Shown here one piece after another: positions 49,682-59,716 of a stretch of DNA of 64,000 bases. The stretch spans positions 3,731,330 through 3,795,329 of the forward strand of contig OX638375.1 of the NCBI GenBank assembly GCA_951813575.1, given 5' to 3'. The DNA is from Candidatus Binatia bacterium. Its GTDB lineage: Bacteria > Desulfobacterota > Binatia > UBA9968 > JAJDTQ01. The notes beneath the pieces were generated by a model. That model had not been told where the DNA came from and searched no databases. It worked only from the letters and a program-made list of their open reading frames with translations. The translations under genes were made by a program, and so were the position numbers. Position 1 is the first letter of the stretch. Every line of letters begins with the position of its first letter.

Positions 49682-50974
49682 CTACAGTCCCATCTGCGCC
49701 AGCGACCGGTCAAGCCGCTCCAGCGCTTCGTCCACGTGGTTCCTGGTGACGGTGAGCGCCGGCGTGATGCGGATCACGTTGCCCATGAGCCCGCCCTTGC
49801 CGATCAACAAGCCGTTCCGCCGGGTCAGCTCGAAAAGCCTCAGCACCGCTTCCGGGCTCGGGGTCTTGTCCGGCCCCACCATCTCGACGGCCTGCATGAG
49901 ACCCATGCCGCGGATGTCGCCCATGAGGGGGTACTTCTCCCGGAGCCCTTCCAATCCCTCCCGTAGCTGCCGTCCGCGATCGGCGGCGTTGGCCACGAGC
50001 CCTTCGTCCTCGATGACTTCGATGGTGGCCAGAGCCGCGGCGCTGGTCACCGGGTTGCCGCCGAAGGTCGACAGGGACAGCCCCTTGATGCTGTCGGCGA
50101 TCTCCGGCCGCGTGATGGTGCCGCCGATGGGGACGCCGTTGGCCATGCCCTTGGCGAAGGTCATGATGTCCGGTTCGACATCCCACTGCTCGATGCCGAA
50201 CATCTTGCCGCCGGTCCGGCCCCATCCCGTCTGCACCTCGTCGCAGATGAACAGGCCGCCGTACTTGTGCACGATGTCGGCGACCTCCCGGAAGTACTCC
50301 TTGGGCGGGGTGATGAACCCGCCGACGCCCTGGATGGGCTCGGCGATGAACGCCGCCACCTTGCCGGACGTGGCGGTCTGGATGGCGCCTTCCAGGTCCT
50401 TGGCGCACTTGAGGTCGCAGCTCGGATAGGTGAGCCCGAACGGGCAGCGGTAGCAGTAGGCATTCGGAATGTGATGGACGTTGGGGCTCGCGGTGGGATT
50501 GAGCCGCCACGTGTAGTGCCCGGTGAGGCTCATGGCGAGCTGGGAGCGCCCGCTGTAGCCGTGGCGCAGGGCGATGACGTCCTGGGAACGGGTGTAGAGC
50601 TGGGCCACCAGCACCGCCGTCTCGTTGGCCTCGGTGCCGCTGTTGGTGAAGAAGGACTGCTTCAGCGCCCCGGGTGTGACGGCGGCGAGCTTCTCGGCCA
50701 GGCGGACGTGGGGCTCGTTGGGGTAGAGGGTCGAGGTGTGCTGGACCTTGCGGATCTGCTCCTGGATCGCGTCCACCACCTTGTCGTTGCAGTGGCCGAC
50801 GCTGATGGTCACGATGCCGCCGAAGAAGTCCAGGTACTCCCGGCCCTCCACGTCGTAGACCAGGGAGTCCTTGGCCCGCTCCACCACCAGGGGCTCTTCG
50901 TAATAGTTGGCGACGCAGGAGAACAGGTACTCCTTGTGCTTGGCCAGTATCTCCTGCTGTCTGTTCGTTTCCAT
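49682..50974 (-). CDS. Class III PLP aminotransferase (AGXT2/GabT-like)
   Basis: FIAEPIQG, DEVQTGWGRTG, FAKGMANG, STFGGNP. Confidence 0.9.
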   Translation of the reverse strand: METNRQQEILAKHKEYLFSCVANYYEEPLVVERAKDSLVYDVEGREYLDFFGGIVTISVGHCNDKVVDAIQEQIRKVQHTSTLYPNEPHVRLAEKLAAVTPGALKQSFFTNSGTEANETAVLVAQLYTRSQDVIALRHGYSGRSQLAMSLTGHYTWRLNPTASPNVHHIPNAYCYRCPFGLTYPSCDLKCAKDLEGAIQTATSGKVAAFIAEPIQGVGGFITPPKEYFREVADIVHKYGGLFICDEVQTGWGRTGGKMFGIEQWDVEPDIMTFAKGMANGVPIGGTITRPEIADSIKGLSLSTFGGNPVTSAAALATIEVIEDEGLVANAADRGRQLREGLEGLREKYPLMGDIRGMGLMQAVEMVGPDKTPSPEAVLRLFELTRRNGLLIGKGGLMGNVIRITPALTVTRNHVDEALERLDRSLAQMGL

Positions 50975-51083
50975 GCGATCCATCGGGAACGCCAACCTAA
51001 CACAAAGCCCGCGAAACGGTCAAAGTTGGGCGCCTCCGTTCAAGGACTTTTGCGCGGGTCCGGTGCGAGGGTGTGCGAGGGTC

Positions 51084-51761
51084 CTAGCGGGCCTCGCTGT
51101 AGAGCCGCTTCAAGGTAGCCGGCGGCACGCCGGCGAGGTAGAGGAGCTTCAGCGTCCACATGAGCAGGATGGTCCGGATCGGGCCGTTCTGCTCCCACCG
51201 CCGGGCCGAACTCACCACGCGAGACCGGAGACAGGCGATGCGGCCTTGCTTCTTGAGGGCGCGCGAGAACGCCACGTCCTCCATGAAAGGGATGTCGGGG
51301 AAACCGCCGAGGCGTTGGAAGACGGAGCGCCGGACGAAGAGGGCCTGGTCCCCCGTGGCCACCCGCGTCAGGCGTGAACGAAAGCTGATCATGCGGCCCA
51401 CCAGCCGGAGCAGCGGGCGCGCGCTGTCCAGGCGGATGTCGAACCGGCCGCCCACGCACTCCGGGTCGGCCATGCAGCCTTCGACGTCGATCCTCGCGGT
51501 GGACGGAAGGGTGGTGTCGGCGTGGAGGAACAGCAGCGCGTCGCCGCCGGCGTGCCGTGCGCCCTCGTTCATCTGCGCGGCGCGCCCCCGGGTGGAGGAA
51601 ACCAGCCGGGCGCCGCGGCCGCGCACGATGTCCGGCGTGCGGTCCGCGCTGCCGCCGTCGACGACGATGATCTCGTAAGGTTCGATGCCGCCCAGGTCCT
51701 CGAGGGTGGCGCCGATGGTGCGTTCTTCGTTCAGGACGGGAATGATGACGGAGAGCCGCAT
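51084..51761 (-). CDS. GT2 glycosyltransferase, TIGR04283 (arsenosugar-associated) type
   Basis: SVIIPVLNE, LFLHADT, TGDQALF, SSARRWE. Confidence 0.85.
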   Translation of the reverse strand: MRLSVIIPVLNEERTIGATLEDLGGIEPYEIIVVDGGSADRTPDIVRGRGARLVSSTRGRAAQMNEGARHAGGDALLFLHADTTLPSTARIDVEGCMADPECVGGRFDIRLDSARPLLRLVGRMISFRSRLTRVATGDQALFVRRSVFQRLGGFPDIPFMEDVAFSRALKKQGRIACLRSRVVSSARRWEQNGPIRTILLMWTLKLLYLAGVPPATLKRLYSEAR

Positions 51762-51811
51762 GGACGGGTCGTCCGCGGGCCGGTGAGACGGGGACTCCGC
51801 GCCCCGTCCGG

Positions 51812-52768
51812 TCAGATCAACGCGCCGCCGCAACTGCTGCCGGTGCCGGCGGTGCAGGCGAAGCAATGGTTCGCCGTGAGAATGGGCTGGTCCTCGAAGT
51901 CCGCCGCCGAGAAGTCCCGGATTTGCGGCCGGCTGCCGTTCACCCGGCCCAGGGGCATGTCGAGCATCTGGTTGAAGTCGCAGTCATACACCGAGCCGTC
52001 CCATGCCACGCTCAGGAGGTCGCGGCACATGACCTTCTCCACCGTCTCCGCGTTGAAGTTGTCTTCCAGGAGCTGCAGGTAGTCGTCGTACTGGCCCCGC
52101 TGCTTGAGAAACTTCTTGAAGCGGGTGATGGGCATGTTGGTCAGGCAATAGAGGTGGTTGAAGACGATGCCGAAGTCGTCGCCCAGCATGCGCCGGTAGT
52201 CGCCCTCGAGCTGTTCCTGCGGCGGCGGCAGGTAGTTGCCCATGGGGTTGTAGACCAGGTTGAGATCCAGCCCCGAATCGGGCTGGCCGTAGCCGAGCCG
52301 GTTCAGCTCCTGGAGCCCGCGCACGCTCAGCTCGAAGGTGCCGTTGCCGCGCTGGCTGTCGACGTTCTCCCTGGTGTAGCAGGGCAGGGAGCATATCACC
52401 TCGACCCGGTGTTGCTGGAAGAACTCGGGCAGGTACTCCTTGCCCTCCTCGTAGAACACCGTCAGGTTGCAACGGTCCATCACGTGGCGTCCCATGCCCT
52501 TGCAGGACTCCACCAGGTGGTCGAAGTGGGGGTTCAGTTCCGGCGCGCCGCCGGTGATGTCGACGGTGGGGATGTCGGAGTTTTCAAGAAACCGGAGCAC
52601 GTCGTCCACCGTGTTCCGGTCCATCATCTCCTTGCGGCCCGGCCCGGCCTCCACATGGCAGTGGAAGCATGACTGGTTGCAGTACTTCCCCATGTTGACC
52701 TGGAGCACCTGCAGCTTCTGCTTGCTCAGGCTCCGGCCGCTCGTCGCGACCTTGTCGTCGAAGTTTAC
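51812..52768 (-). CDS. arsS: Arsenosugar-biosynthesis radical SAM protein ArsS-like
   Basis: CNQSCFHC, DITGGAPELNP, VMCRDLLSV, C-terminal HCFACTAG.GSSCGG; start uncertain (52768 or 52831). Confidence 0.82.
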   Translation of the reverse strand, partial: VNFDDKVATSGRSLSKQKLQVLQVNMGKYCNQSCFHCHVEAGPGRKEMMDRNTVDDVLRFLENSDIPTVDITGGAPELNPHFDHLVESCKGMGRHVMDRCNLTVFYEEGKEYLPEFFQQHRVEVICSLPCYTRENVDSQRGNGTFELSVRGLQELNRLGYGQPDSGLDLNLVYNPMGNYLPPPQEQLEGDYRRMLGDDFGIVFNHLYCLTNMPITRFKKFLKQRGQYDDYLQLLEDNFNAETVEKVMCRDLLSVAWDGSVYDCDFNQMLDMPLGRVNGSRPQIRDFSAADFEDQPILTANHCFACTAGTGSSCGGALI

Positions 52769-52945
52769 CGTAACAACCTCCCGGGCACCGGATTGACCGC
52801 GCGCCGTCGGCGCTTCGGCGCAGTGTTGCAATTGGGCCTGTCTTGGTCAAGACTTGCATCGATTTTTCTTAGCATCCGGCACCGCTGAAACGCTGTATCA
52901 CGGAGGCTTCGGGGCCTTCGTGACAGCCTGACGAACGGAGGCCTC

Positions 52946-53569
52946 GTGGATCCCCTTTCGAGAGAAATTCTGACCTTTTGGTTCGGCACCCTGGACCTGA
53001 GCGACGAGATGGAGAGACGCCAGGTATGGTTTCGGGCGACTCCGGAGTTCGACCGGTATCTCGTCGAACATTACACCGAAGTCCACGAACGGGCGGCCGC
53101 CGGCGAATTGGACCACTTCAAACGGACGCGGGAAGATTGCCTGACCCTGATCATGGCCCTGGATCAGTTCCCTCGGAACATCTACCGCGGTACTCCCCGC
53201 GCCTTCGCCACCGATGCCAAGGCCCGGGAGGTCGCCGGGTACGCTCTGGAGCAGGGTTACGACCAAGGTCTCGCCCGCTGGCCCCGGACCTTCTTCTACC
53301 TGCCGTTCGAGCATAGCGAGCGGCTGACCGACCAGGAGCGGGCGCTGGTGCTCTACGGCAGTCTCGGCAACGAGGATTCCATGCGCGCCGCCGTCGGGCA
53401 CCATGCCGCCATCAAGCGCTTCGGCCGCTTCCCGCACCGCAACGTGGTGCTGGGACGCCCCAACACCCCGGAAGAGGAAGAGTATCTCAAGGACCCGCCC
53501 CTTTGGGGCAAGACGGCGGCCGAGGCAGCGGAGCTCGAGGCGCGGAAGGCGGCGGCCCAAGGGGATTGA
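52946..53569 (+). CDS. DUF924-family protein
   Basis: LDQFPRNIYRG, FFYLPFEHSE, FGRFPHRN..LGR.NTPEE. Confidence 0.88.
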   Translation: MDPLSREILTFWFGTLDLSDEMERRQVWFRATPEFDRYLVEHYTEVHERAAAGELDHFKRTREDCLTLIMALDQFPRNIYRGTPRAFATDAKAREVAGYALEQGYDQGLARWPRTFFYLPFEHSERLTDQERALVLYGSLGNEDSMRAAVGHHAAIKRFGRFPHRNVVLGRPNTPEEEEYLKDPPLWGKTAAEAAELEARKAAAQGD

Positions 53570-53595
53570 GGCCTGCGCGCCGCGGAAACCGGCGT

Positions 53596-53620
53596 GTAGG
53601 GGAGGGTTTCAAATCCGCCC
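53596..53620 (+). repeat. Degenerate GTAG-type REP
   Basis: GTAGGGGAGGGTTTCAAATCCGCCC between convergent genes. Confidence 0.4.
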
Positions 53621-53644
53621 GCGTCCGCGCGTGTTCGCGCCCCC

Positions 53645-54727
53645 TCAACCGGGCAGTATCTGCACGTGTTTCATGTCGACGTTGACGGTCACCTTGTCGC
53701 CGACGGAGAAGGCCCGGCGGCCGGGCTGGTGCGTGTCGTCGACCATCAAGGACGTGTCTTTGTCGACCGCGACGGTATATCGGATCAGGTTGCCGAGGAA
53801 CTCGCGATGCCCGACACGGCCGGCGAAGGCCGTGGCCGTGGCAGGGCCCGCCGCGGAGATGCTCGCATCCTGGGGACGGAACATCGCGATCCGCCCGTCT
53901 CCGGGCGCATGGCCCTCGCCGCCCAGCGGCAGGATCAGGCCGCCGGCGGCGACGAAGCGTGTGCCTTCACCGGCAACTTCCACGCCTCCGTCCAGGAGGT
54001 TGGCGGTGCCCAGGAAGTCGGCAACGAAACGGTTGACGGGCCGGTCGTAGAGGTCCATGGGCGATCCCACCTGCTGCAGAATGCCCTCGTCGAGCACGGC
54101 GATCCGATCCGAGATGGTGTTGGCTTCCTCCTGGTCGTGGGTCACGAAGATGGTGGTGAGCTTCAGCTTCCGCTGCAGCTCCAGAATCTCACGCCGCATC
54201 TGCACGCGCAGGTTGGCGTCCAGGTTGGACAGCGGCTCGTCCAGCAGCAGGACCCGGGGTTCGACGATGATGGTGCGGGCAAGGGCCACTCGCTGTTGCT
54301 GGCCGCCGGAAAGCTGTGAGGGCCGCCGATCCGCCAACTCCCAGAGTCCCACCATGTCCAACGCGGCCTCCACCCGTTTCGGGATCTCGGCCGACGGCAC
54401 CCTGCGTTCCTCGAGCCCGAAGGCGACGTTCCGGTACACGGTCATGTGGGGCCACAGCGCGTAGGACTGAAACACCATGCCGACGTTTCGCCGCCACGGC
54501 GGCAGATGCGTCACTTCCTGGCCGCCGATGAGAATGCGTCCGCGGGGCCTCGGGCCGAAACCGGCAACGCAGCGCAACAGCGTCGACTTGCCCGACCCCG
54601 ACGGCCCCAGGAAGGTGAAAAATTCCCCCGGCTCGATGCGCAGGTCGACGCCTTTCAAGACGTCGGCGGTATCGTAGGCCAGGCTCAGTCCCTCGATGAC
54701 CACGCCGGCGGCGTTTTCCGATTCCAT
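53645..54727 (-). CDS. ABC ATP-binding protein (FbpC/PotA-like)
   Basis: GPSGSGKS, LSGGQQQR, LLDEP, TOBE domain. Confidence 0.92.
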   Translation of the reverse strand: MESENAAGVVIEGLSLAYDTADVLKGVDLRIEPGEFFTFLGPSGSGKSTLLRCVAGFGPRPRGRILIGGQEVTHLPPWRRNVGMVFQSYALWPHMTVYRNVAFGLEERRVPSAEIPKRVEAALDMVGLWELADRRPSQLSGGQQQRVALARTIIVEPRVLLLDEPLSNLDANLRVQMRREILELQRKLKLTTIFVTHDQEEANTISDRIAVLDEGILQQVGSPMDLYDRPVNRFVADFLGTANLLDGGVEVAGEGTRFVAAGGLILPLGGEGHAPGDGRIAMFRPQDASISAAGPATATAFAGRVGHREFLGNLIRYTVAVDKDTSLMVDDTHQPGRRAFSVGDKVTVNVDMKHVQILPG

Positions 54728-54729
54728 GC

Positions 54730-56439
54730 TCACACTCCCGGGACCACCGTCACGGCGGGCGCCCGCTGGGTTGCCTTCCGTTGGATGAACCGGTGCGAGA
54801 CGTAGGTCGTGATTCCGACGATCACCACGGCGACGATGCCGAGGGCCGCTCCGGGGCCCCGGCCCGCCGCCGACTGCATGAACTCGTAGATGCCGAACGC
54901 CAGCGGCGCATCGGATTCCTGCGACACCAGCATGATGGTCGTCGACAGCTCCACCGCGGCTGTGGCGAAGCTGGTGACGAAGCCGGCGACGATGCCCCCC
55001 GCCATGAGCGGGATCACCACGCGGCGGACCGTACGTGCCTTGGTGGCGCCGAGATTTTCCGCCGCCTCTTCGAGCATGACGCTGATCTGCTGCAGCGCCG
55101 CGGTGCAGGCGCGCAGCGCGTAGGGCATCCTGCGTATGGCCAGGGCGACGACGATGATGACCCACCAGGATGCCAGCGGCTTGTCGATGATGGGCACGTT
55201 GAACTCGTAGAAGGTGCGCAGGTAGCCGATCCCCAACACCACGCCCGGAATGGCAACGGCCCCCATGGCGATGTAGTCCAGCCATTGCCGGCCGATCAGC
55301 TTGGTGCGCCAGACCACGTACGCGATGGCGGTGCCGAAGCAGACGTCGATGGCGGCGGCGAGTCCGGCGTAGAGCAGCGTGTTGCTGACGAACTGGAACG
55401 AAGAAGAGACCACCTGCAGGTAGTGCGCGGTGGTATAGCCGTCCGGCAGCACGCTGAACGACCAGATGGTGCCGAAGGACAGGAGCATGAGCCCGAAGTG
55501 CGGCGACAGCACGAGCAGCAGGATAAAGATCACCACGCCGTAGCAGGCGGCCTTTTCCCACGGCCGGAGGTCCCGTTTCATCAGGCCGCCGCCGCCCTTC
55601 TGCAAGGTGGCGTAGTCCTTGCCGCGCAGCGCCAGAAAGGAGGTCCACAGCGCCAGCAGCGAGAAGATCACCAGGATCACCGAGATCACGTAGCCCATGG
55701 GGTCGGCGATGCCGATGGAGGAGATGCGCAGGTAGGCCTGGGGCGCCAGCATGTTGTTGACGTTCAGCAGCAGCGGCGTGCCGATGTCGTCGAACACCTT
55801 CAGGAACACCAGCGACGCGCCGGCCACGTACCCGGGCATGGCCAGCGGGAACACGATGCGGCGAAACAGCCGCAGGCCGCTGGCGCCGAGGTTCTGCGCC
55901 GATTCCTCCATGGAACGGTCGATGTTGTTGAGCGCGGCCGAGAGGTTGATGAGGATGAACGGGAAGTAGTGGATGCTCTCCACCAGGATCACGCCGTTGA
56001 GCCCCTCCATGAACGGAACGGTGAAGCCGAACCACTCATCCAGCAGCAGGTTGATGGAGCCGTTCTCTCCGAGCAGCAGCAACATCGCCACCGCGCCCAC
56101 GAACGGGGGCATGATCAGCGGAATGATGCCCAGGGTCTGGATCAGGATGGCGCCCTTGAAGTTGAAGCGGGTGGTGAAATAGGCCAGCGGCAGGGCGAAG
56201 CACGACGACACCACCACCGCCATCGCCGCGACGTAGAGCGAGTTGATGGAGGATTCCCGGAACAGGCTGGTGCGGAAGAAGTCGACGAAGTTGATCAGGG
56301 TCAGCGCGCCCGTGTTGGGGTCCTGGAACGCCACGTAGATCACGTTCACCACGGGCAGCACCAGGAACACCAACAGGAACAGGCCGACGACGGCCACCAC
56401 CGCCGCCGGCCCCCACTGGCCGCGTATTGCCGCGTACAC
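54730..56439 (-). CDS. FbpB/AfuB-like ABC permease
   Basis: Two EAA repeats (EESAQNLGAS, EEAAENLGAT). Confidence 0.9.
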   Translation of the reverse strand: MYAAIRGQWGPAAVVAVVGLFLLVFLVLPVVNVIYVAFQDPNTGALTLINFVDFFRTSLFRESSINSLYVAAMAVVVSSCFALPLAYFTTRFNFKGAILIQTLGIIPLIMPPFVGAVAMLLLLGENGSINLLLDEWFGFTVPFMEGLNGVILVESIHYFPFILINLSAALNNIDRSMEESAQNLGASGLRLFRRIVFPLAMPGYVAGASLVFLKVFDDIGTPLLLNVNNMLAPQAYLRISSIGIADPMGYVISVILVIFSLLALWTSFLALRGKDYATLQKGGGGLMKRDLRPWEKAACYGVVIFILLLVLSPHFGLMLLSFGTIWSFSVLPDGYTTAHYLQVVSSSFQFVSNTLLYAGLAAAIDVCFGTAIAYVVWRTKLIGRQWLDYIAMGAVAIPGVVLGIGYLRTFYEFNVPIIDKPLASWWVIIVVALAIRRMPYALRACTAALQQISVMLEEAAENLGATKARTVRRVVIPLMAGGIVAGFVTSFATAAVELSTTIMLVSQESDAPLAFGIYEFMQSAAGRGPGAALGIVAVVIVGITTYVSHRFIQRKATQRAPAVTVVPGV

Positions 56440-56490
56440 GGACGTTGTTACCTGTCCGGCTCCACCGCCGAGACCACGCTCACGGGACGG

Positions 56491-57840
56491 TTACATCATG
56501 GACGCGGCCTTCTCGGCCAGGTTCTTGGCCTTGGCGTAGTTCGCCTTGACCTTGGCGTCCCACGCCTGTTCGATCTCGGCCTGGCGGCCGGTCACCTTGG
56601 TGGTGGCCTTCTTCCGCTTCTTCTTGAAGATGTTGTTGAAGTCCGCCTGACCCGCCTGGGCGGCCTCGATGGGCACCGCGGCCACCAGCGCCTTGGCTTC
56701 ATCGATCAGCTTCCGGGCGCCGGCGTTGGCCTTGCCGACCATGGTCGCCTCGGCGTTCTGGATCGCCTTGGTGGCCGCGCGCAAGTCGTCGAGCCGGTAG
56801 GTGACCATGACGTCGAAGAGCGAGTTGATCACGTTGTAACGGTTCTTCGAGAGCTCCAGGTCGAACTTGACCGCGGCGCCGATGGACTTGTCCTTGAACG
56901 GGTTGGGGAAGCCGGCGGGCGCCTTGGCATAGGTCGCCGGGTTCACCGGCAGCCGCCGGATCTTCGGGTCGAGCAGCACCTCCTGGCCATCGGCTGAAAG
57001 GAGGAACTCGATGAAAGCCGCCGCGGCTTTCGGATGCGGTGCGCTCTTGACGATGGCGATGTTCGCCGGCACCAGGGTCGTTACCTGCGGGTAGAGGAAC
57101 TTGACCGGGAAGCCCGAGGCCTCCGACGATAGCCCGAAGAAGTCGATCACGATGCCGATGCCGAACTGGCCGGAGTTGACCCCGTCGGGCACGCCGAAGC
57201 TGCGCTCGGTGACGGTCTTGAAGTTGCCCGCGATGGCCTTCCACGTGGCCCAACCCTCGGCCCAGCCCATACCCTGGAGCAGGGTCTCCACGGTCAGGTG
57301 GGTGGTGCCGGAGCGCGACGGCGCGCTCATGCCCACATGGCCGTGGTAGACGGGCTTGGCCAGGTCAGCCCAGGTCTTCGGCACCGGCAGCTTCTTGGCC
57401 TTGAGGTAGCGGGTGTTCCACATGAAGCCGTAGCCGGACGCGGCGAACCCCTTGTAGTAGCCCTCGGGATCGTTGATGGGGAAGGCGCCTACCTTCTGGG
57501 GAATGCCCTTGACCTTGACCTCGTACTTCTGCAGCAGGCCGTCCCCCTTCAACACCTCGAACGCGTCGGGGGCGGATGCCCAGAACATGTCGGAGCGGTT
57601 GTTTCCGGCGGTCTCCTGAAGGTACTTGATGCCGGCGGTGGTCTTTTTCCGCAGCATCTCGACCTTGACCCCGGGGTTCTTCTTTTCGAACGCCGCCTTG
57701 ACGGTGTTGGTGGTGTCCGGCGGATAGGACGTGACGATGACCAGCTTGTTTTCCACTGCGCCGGCGCTGAACGGCACCGCCGCGACGGCCAACGCCAGCG
57801 CCGCTACCAGGATGCCGGATACGTTTCTCACGATAGTCAT
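56491..57840 (-). CDS. ABC substrate-binding protein, PgtC/AfuA-like
   Basis: Signal peptide, WASAPDAF, APSRSGTTH; a phosphorylated substrate is plausible (inference). Confidence 0.8.
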   Translation of the reverse strand: MTIVRNVSGILVAALALAVAAVPFSAGAVENKLVIVTSYPPDTTNTVKAAFEKKNPGVKVEMLRKKTTAGIKYLQETAGNNRSDMFWASAPDAFEVLKGDGLLQKYEVKVKGIPQKVGAFPINDPEGYYKGFAASGYGFMWNTRYLKAKKLPVPKTWADLAKPVYHGHVGMSAPSRSGTTHLTVETLLQGMGWAEGWATWKAIAGNFKTVTERSFGVPDGVNSGQFGIGIVIDFFGLSSEASGFPVKFLYPQVTTLVPANIAIVKSAPHPKAAAAFIEFLLSADGQEVLLDPKIRRLPVNPATYAKAPAGFPNPFKDKSIGAAVKFDLELSKNRYNVINSLFDVMVTYRLDDLRAATKAIQNAEATMVGKANAGARKLIDEAKALVAAVPIEAAQAGQADFNNIFKKKRKKATTKVTGRQAEIEQAWDAKVKANYAKAKNLAEKAASMM

Positions 57841-58058
57841 GGTTTGGTTCCTCCTCGGTCCATTTTGCAAGCTTGTAGTTGCGGGCGCGCCCGGGATAAG
57901 GGCATCGATGGGACGGGACACTCACCATTGCGCCCAACCTGCACGGATTATGTTGTGGAAATGTTACACTGTCAATCTCGCGTCATGGTTCAGCGGGCCT
58001 TTTCCGAACCGGACAGAGTGTGTAGAACTACTTGGCTGAACAAAGGTCTCTTACTACC

Positions 58059-59156
58059 ATGGAACTTGAGCTTCCGGTCACGCGCGTCCCGCAGCCAAGG
58101 GCCAGGCCACGGGACGATCAACTCGGCTTCGGCCAAGTGTTCACCGATCACATGTTCCTCATGGACTGGGCCGTGGACACGGGTTGGACCAGCCCGCGTA
58201 TCGTGCCCTACGGCCCGCTGGCGCTGGAACCGGCCACGGTCACGCTGCACTACGCCCAGAGCGTTTTCGAAGGACTCAAGGCCTACCGCGGGCACGATGA
58301 CGCCATCCGGCTGTTCCGGCCCGAGCGGAACATCGCCCGATTCAACCGCTCGGCGGAACGGTTATGCGTGCCGCCCGTCGATCCGGAGCTGTTCCTGGCG
58401 GCGCTCAAGCAGCTCGTGGCCGTGGACCGCGACTGGGTTCCGCGCGCGCCGGGGACTTCGCTGTACATCCGTCCGGTGGCGTTCGCGAGCGACCCCGACC
58501 TTCACGTGCGGCCGTCTCGCACGTACGTGTTCTTCATCATCCTCTCCCCGGTGGCCGCGTACTATGCCGAGGGCTTCAACCCGCTGCGGATTCGCGTGGA
58601 GGACCGCTATGCCCGGTCGGTGCGGGGCGGCACCGGCGCGGCCAAGACCGCCGGCAACTATGCCGGCAGCCTGCTGGCGGGAGAAGAAGCCCAGGAGGCC
58701 GGCTTCGCCCAGGTGCTGTGGCTGGACGGCATCAACCAGGAGTACATCGAGGAAGTCGGCTCGATGAACATCGCGTTCGTGATCGGCGACGAGCTGGTGA
58801 CGCCGCCGCTTACCGGCACCCTGCTGGAAGGCGTGACCCGCGACTCGGTGCTGCAGCTTGCCCGGGACGAGGGCATGCAGGTCGCCGAGCGGCCGGTGGG
58901 CATTGCGGAAGTCATGGCGGCGGCGCGGGACGGGACGTTGCGCGAGGTCTTCGGCACCGGCACCGCGGCGGTCATCTCGCCGGTGGGCGAGCTGGCCTAC
59001 AGGGGCGAGCGGATCCGTGTCCATGACGGCCAGGTGGGTCCGGTGGCCCGGCGCCTTTACGGCATTCTATCGGACATCCAGCGCGGCCGCCTGCCGGACC
59101 GGCACGGCTGGATGGTGGCGGTCGAGGACGGACACGCAGACGGGGGGAGTGAATGA
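58059..59156 (+). CDS. ilvE: Branched-chain amino acid aminotransferase
   Basis: FGQVFTDHM, HYAQSVFEGLKA, KTAGNY, EEVGSMN, EVFGTGTAA. Confidence 0.93.
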   Translation: MELELPVTRVPQPRARPRDDQLGFGQVFTDHMFLMDWAVDTGWTSPRIVPYGPLALEPATVTLHYAQSVFEGLKAYRGHDDAIRLFRPERNIARFNRSAERLCVPPVDPELFLAALKQLVAVDRDWVPRAPGTSLYIRPVAFASDPDLHVRPSRTYVFFIILSPVAAYYAEGFNPLRIRVEDRYARSVRGGTGAAKTAGNYAGSLLAGEEAQEAGFAQVLWLDGINQEYIEEVGSMNIAFVIGDELVTPPLTGTLLEGVTRDSVLQLARDEGMQVAERPVGIAEVMAAARDGTLREVFGTGTAAVISPVGELAYRGERIRVHDGQVGPVARRLYGILSDIQRGRLPDRHGWMVAVEDGHADGGSE

Positions 59157-59716
59157 ACTACGATTGGATGGAAAGCCCGGTGGGAGATCTCCTGATCGTG
59201 GCGGACGACGCCGCGCTGAGGATGATCAGCTTCCGAGGGGGCCGCTATCCCGGCAAGGTGCCGGAGGGCTGGCGCCGCGGCGGCGCGGTGGTGGCGGATG
59301 CGACCGGGCAGCTCGGCGAGTACTTCGAGGGGCGCCGGCAACGGTTCGACCTGCCGCTGGCTCCTTCGGGGACACCGTTTCAGTTGCGCGTCTGGCAGGC
59401 GCTTCGGGAGATTCCCTACGGCGTCACCTGTTCCTACGGCGAGCAGGCCCGGGCCATGGGACAGCCCCGGGCGGTCCGCGCGGTGGGAGCGGCCAACGGG
59501 CGCAATCCGCTTCCCATCGTCGTCCCCTGTCATCGGGTGATCGGCAACGACGGGAGATTGACCGGCTATGCCGGCGGTCTCCAGATCAAGAGGTTCCTGC
59601 TCGAACTGGAGAGCCGGCACACGGGCGCCGTCAGGCGGGCAGTCCCCCCGCCGGCTGGGTCGCGGCGCCCGGTGGTTGCGGACCCGTTCAGCCGGGAAAA
59701 CGGAGCGCAACCATGA
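59153..59716 (+). CDS. ogt: Methylated-DNA--protein-cysteine methyltransferase
   Basis: GTPFQLRVW, RAVGAANGRNP, PCHRV. Confidence 0.93.
   Translation: MNYDWMESPVGDLLIVADDAALRMISFRGGRYPGKVPEGWRRGGAVVADATGQLGEYFEGRRQRFDLPLAPSGTPFQLRVWQALREIPYGVTCSYGEQARAMGQPRAVRAVGAANGRNPLPIVVPCHRVIGNDGRLTGYAGGLQIKRFLLELESRHTGAVRRAVPPPAGSRRPVVADPFSRENGAQP

Noticed and set aside
54781-56997. Long plus-strand ORFs over known genes (also 4780-6219, 13629-15968, 18192-20981, 60516-62471)
   Set aside because: Antisense shadows of well-supported minus-strand genes.
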